A stretch of DNA of 35,285 nt from Octopus bimaculoides (lineage: Eukaryota): NCBI RefSeq assembly GCF_001194135.2, contig NC_068981.1, forward strand, positions 136,101,646 through 136,136,930, in the 5' to 3' direction. Positions 33,111 through 35,285 of this stretch are shown here, piece by piece. Made by a program: the position numbers and the translations under genes. Each line of letters begins with the position of its first letter. Position 1 is the stretch's first letter. Below the pieces are notes generated by a model. It searched no databases and was not told the DNA's origin. It worked only from the letters and a program-made list of their open reading frames with translations.

Positions 33111-33445
33111 NNNNNNNNNNNNNNNNNNNNNNNNNNNNNNNNNNNNNNNNNNNNNNNNNNNNNNNNNNNNNNNNNNNNNNNNNNNNNNNNNNNNNNNNNN
33201 NNNNNNNNNNNNNNNNNNNNNNNNNNNNNNNNNNNNNNNNNNNNNNNNNNNNNNNNNNNNNNNNNNNNNNNNNNNNNNNNNNNNNNNNNNNNNNNNNNNN
33301 NNNNNNNNNNNNNNNNNNNNNNNNNNNNNNNNNNNNNNNNNNNNNNNNNNNNNNNNNNNNNNNNNNNNNNNNNNNNNNNNNNNNNNNNNNNNNATATATA
33401 TATACATATATATATATATATATTTACAATTCTGTAAATAATAAT

Positions 33446-33626
33446 CCTTTCTATCATAGGCACAAGGTCTGAAATTTGGAGGAGGGGGATAGTCGATTAC
33501 ATCGACCGCAGTACGCAACTGGTACTTAATTAATCGACAGGATGAAAAGCCAAGTCGACCTCGGCGGAATTTGAACTCAAGCATTTCGCCTGGCGTGCTA
33601 ACGATTCTCCCAGCTCGCCGCCTTAG
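33446..33626 (-). mobile_element. SINE family B with 16-bp TSD
   Basis: TSD TTCTGTAAATAATAAT at 33430-33445 and 33627-33642. Confidence 0.92.
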
Positions 33627-33669
33627 TTCTGTAAATAATAATATTATTTTATAAGCTTAAAGCTTATAA

Positions 33670-33881
33670 GCGATCACCGTACAATGACTAAAAGAAATAG
33701 TCTAATAATGGGGTATAAAGTAGGTTTTCCCGTACGCGTGGGACTTGAACCCACATCTCTTTGCTTTCGTGACAAGTGTGCTAACCATCTACACGCGTAC
33801 GAGAAAACCTACTTTGTTTCCATCGATGACTTATATACCCCATTACTAGACTATTTTCTTTAGCCATTGCCTGGTGATCGC
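33670..33881. mobile_element. Foldback element with tRNA-like core
   Basis: Ends GCGATCACC / GGTGATCGC. The arms are imperfect reverse complements (AAATAGTCTA.TAATGGGGTAT, AAAGTAGGTTTTC.CGTACGCGTG). The centre folds as a cloverleaf on the minus strand. Confidence 0.75.
33729..33803 (-). pseudogene. tRNA-like sequence (non-canonical)
   Basis: Minus strand: CTCGTACGC-GTGT-AGATGGTTA-GCAC-A-CTTGT-CACGAAA-GCAAA-GAGAT-GTGGG-TTCAAGT-CCCAC-GCGTACGGG. D and T arms and A/B boxes are recognisable. U8 and U33 are missing and the acceptor stem is atypical. Confidence 0.6.
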
Positions 33882-33897
33882 GCGCGTGCGCACACGC

Positions 33898-33902
<5 letters not shown>

Positions 33903-33957
<55 letters not shown>
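33903..33957. repeat. (CA)n microsatellite
   Basis: Direct reading. Confidence 0.95.
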
Positions 33958-33965
<8 letters not shown>

Positions 33966-34027
33966 ATGCATATCTGTGGTTCCCAATGTGTGGTCCGCAA
34001 AGGTAGTACGGGGGATAGATAGATACA

Positions 34028-34059
<32 letters not shown>

Positions 34060-34142
34060 AATTAAACAGTACCAACAGATTGAAATGGCAGCTACAAACT
34101 CGATAGAGTTCTAGACAGATGTGCCGCATAATGGAGACATTC

Positions 34143-34182
<40 letters not shown>

Positions 34183-34574
34183 ATTATGTATATGTATGTA
34201 TATAGCGTATTCGGTATATCAACACATTTGTTTGTTAAAGTTTTCAAATGGAAGTGCTATCACCTGGATTGAGAGATGAACTTGCAGTTTATGTACGTGA
34301 CGTACAGTAACATACTCCCTCGAAAAAATTGACGCTGCCTCAACTGGTGTGCGGCACACCACACACGGCATGCCCAAGTGATCACAGGGATAGTATTTTT
34401 CCGACGATCAGAACGCATCATCCGGTTCAAAAGTTGAAATCACCACATTGTGAACGTGCGTGCAACACCGTATTTACAATGCTATATGTCCTCATATATT
34501 GATACATAAATGAGTATCACTAACAGAGAGGAAGTTAACAAAAGAGCTTTACTGACTCACATCAAACTCATCCT

Positions 34575-34748
34575 TACATATATATATATATATATATTTA
34601 CAATTCTGTAAATAATAATCCTTTCTATCATAGGCACAAGGTCTGAAATTTGGAGGAGGGGGATAGTCGATTACATCGACCGCAGTACGCAACTGGTACT
34701 TAATTAATCGACAGGATGAAAAGCCAAGTCGACCTCGGCGGAATTTGA
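34575..34748 (-). repeat. Near-exact duplicate of 33403-33574 (TA tract, flank and 3' part of SINE B)
   Basis: Identical by eye except for one extra TA unit, including the shared private deletion in AATCGACAGGATGAAAAG. Confidence 0.92.
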
Positions 34749-34859
34749 CGCTGACTTAACTGGTGTACGATCAGGAGCGCCAAGAGGCAACCGCGAAAGT
34801 CTATCAGTACTGCAAAAGCTTATCTGTACTGAGTTATTCAAATACGGGAAGTATCTTAT

Positions 34860-34935
34860 ACAGGTGCAGTATGGCTGTGTAGTTGAGAAACTCGCTTTGC
34901 AACCATGTGGTTTCGGTTTCATTCCCTAGGTGCAA
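34860..34935 (+). mobile_element. SINE family A head fragment
   Basis: CAGGTGCAGTATGGCTGTGTAGTTGAGAAACTCGCTTTGCAACCATGTGGTTTCGG. Confidence 0.6.
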
Positions 34936-35253
34936 CTGCGCTATATAAAATTAAATCTAAATTTCGTTCTATATTACATCAGTCAAAATGTTTCACAAAT
35001 ATCGTAAATGTTACACACACACAAGTGCGCGCGCACGTTATATATTTATATATTAGGTATCATTTCGATTTCGTTCTAAAGATATTGCTTTCTGTACGTA
35101 GACAGAAGCAAAATATATTATAGATTATTACATCCGCTCCTACAATGATTATCTAGCTTAAACTGCAATAGCTGAATTCAATATCTAATCTAATCTACCA
35201 ATCCAGGTGATAGCACTTTTATTTGAAAACTTTAACAAACGAATTTGTTAATA

Positions 35254-35285
<32 letters not shown>

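Overview
AT-rich, repeat-saturated eukaryotic DNA from a short-read scaffold. It has five N gaps and one leftover Illumina adapter. The SINE families look, from recall, like those of Octopus; the species is an inference. I can support no host protein-coding gene, rRNA, true tRNA gene or CRISPR array. Most listed ORFs are microsatellite or gap artefacts, and the rest are transposon remnants. The window holds about 35 copies or fragments of three tRNA-derived SINE families (labelled A, B, C here). It also holds decayed LINEs (R4/Dong-like, CR1, L2/Crack/Daphne-like, RTE), two related mariner copies, a Tc1, another Tc1/mariner N-terminal remnant, a MITE with perfect 39-bp inverted ends and a Helentron-type (HINE/DINE-1-like) element. 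Five observations stand out. (1) Two divergent zinc-knuckle ORF1 elements sit head-to-tail; the complete one has no pol ORF and shares its 3' tail with a SINE subfamily. (2) A Penelope-like foldback carries one intact and one mutated hammerhead ribozyme. (3) A foldback element has a tRNA-like cloverleaf at its apex. (4) A CR1 LINE has the same 3' end as the family A SINEs. (5) A second, degenerate hammerhead motif is present. SINE boundaries were read by eye and are approximate (about 10 bp).
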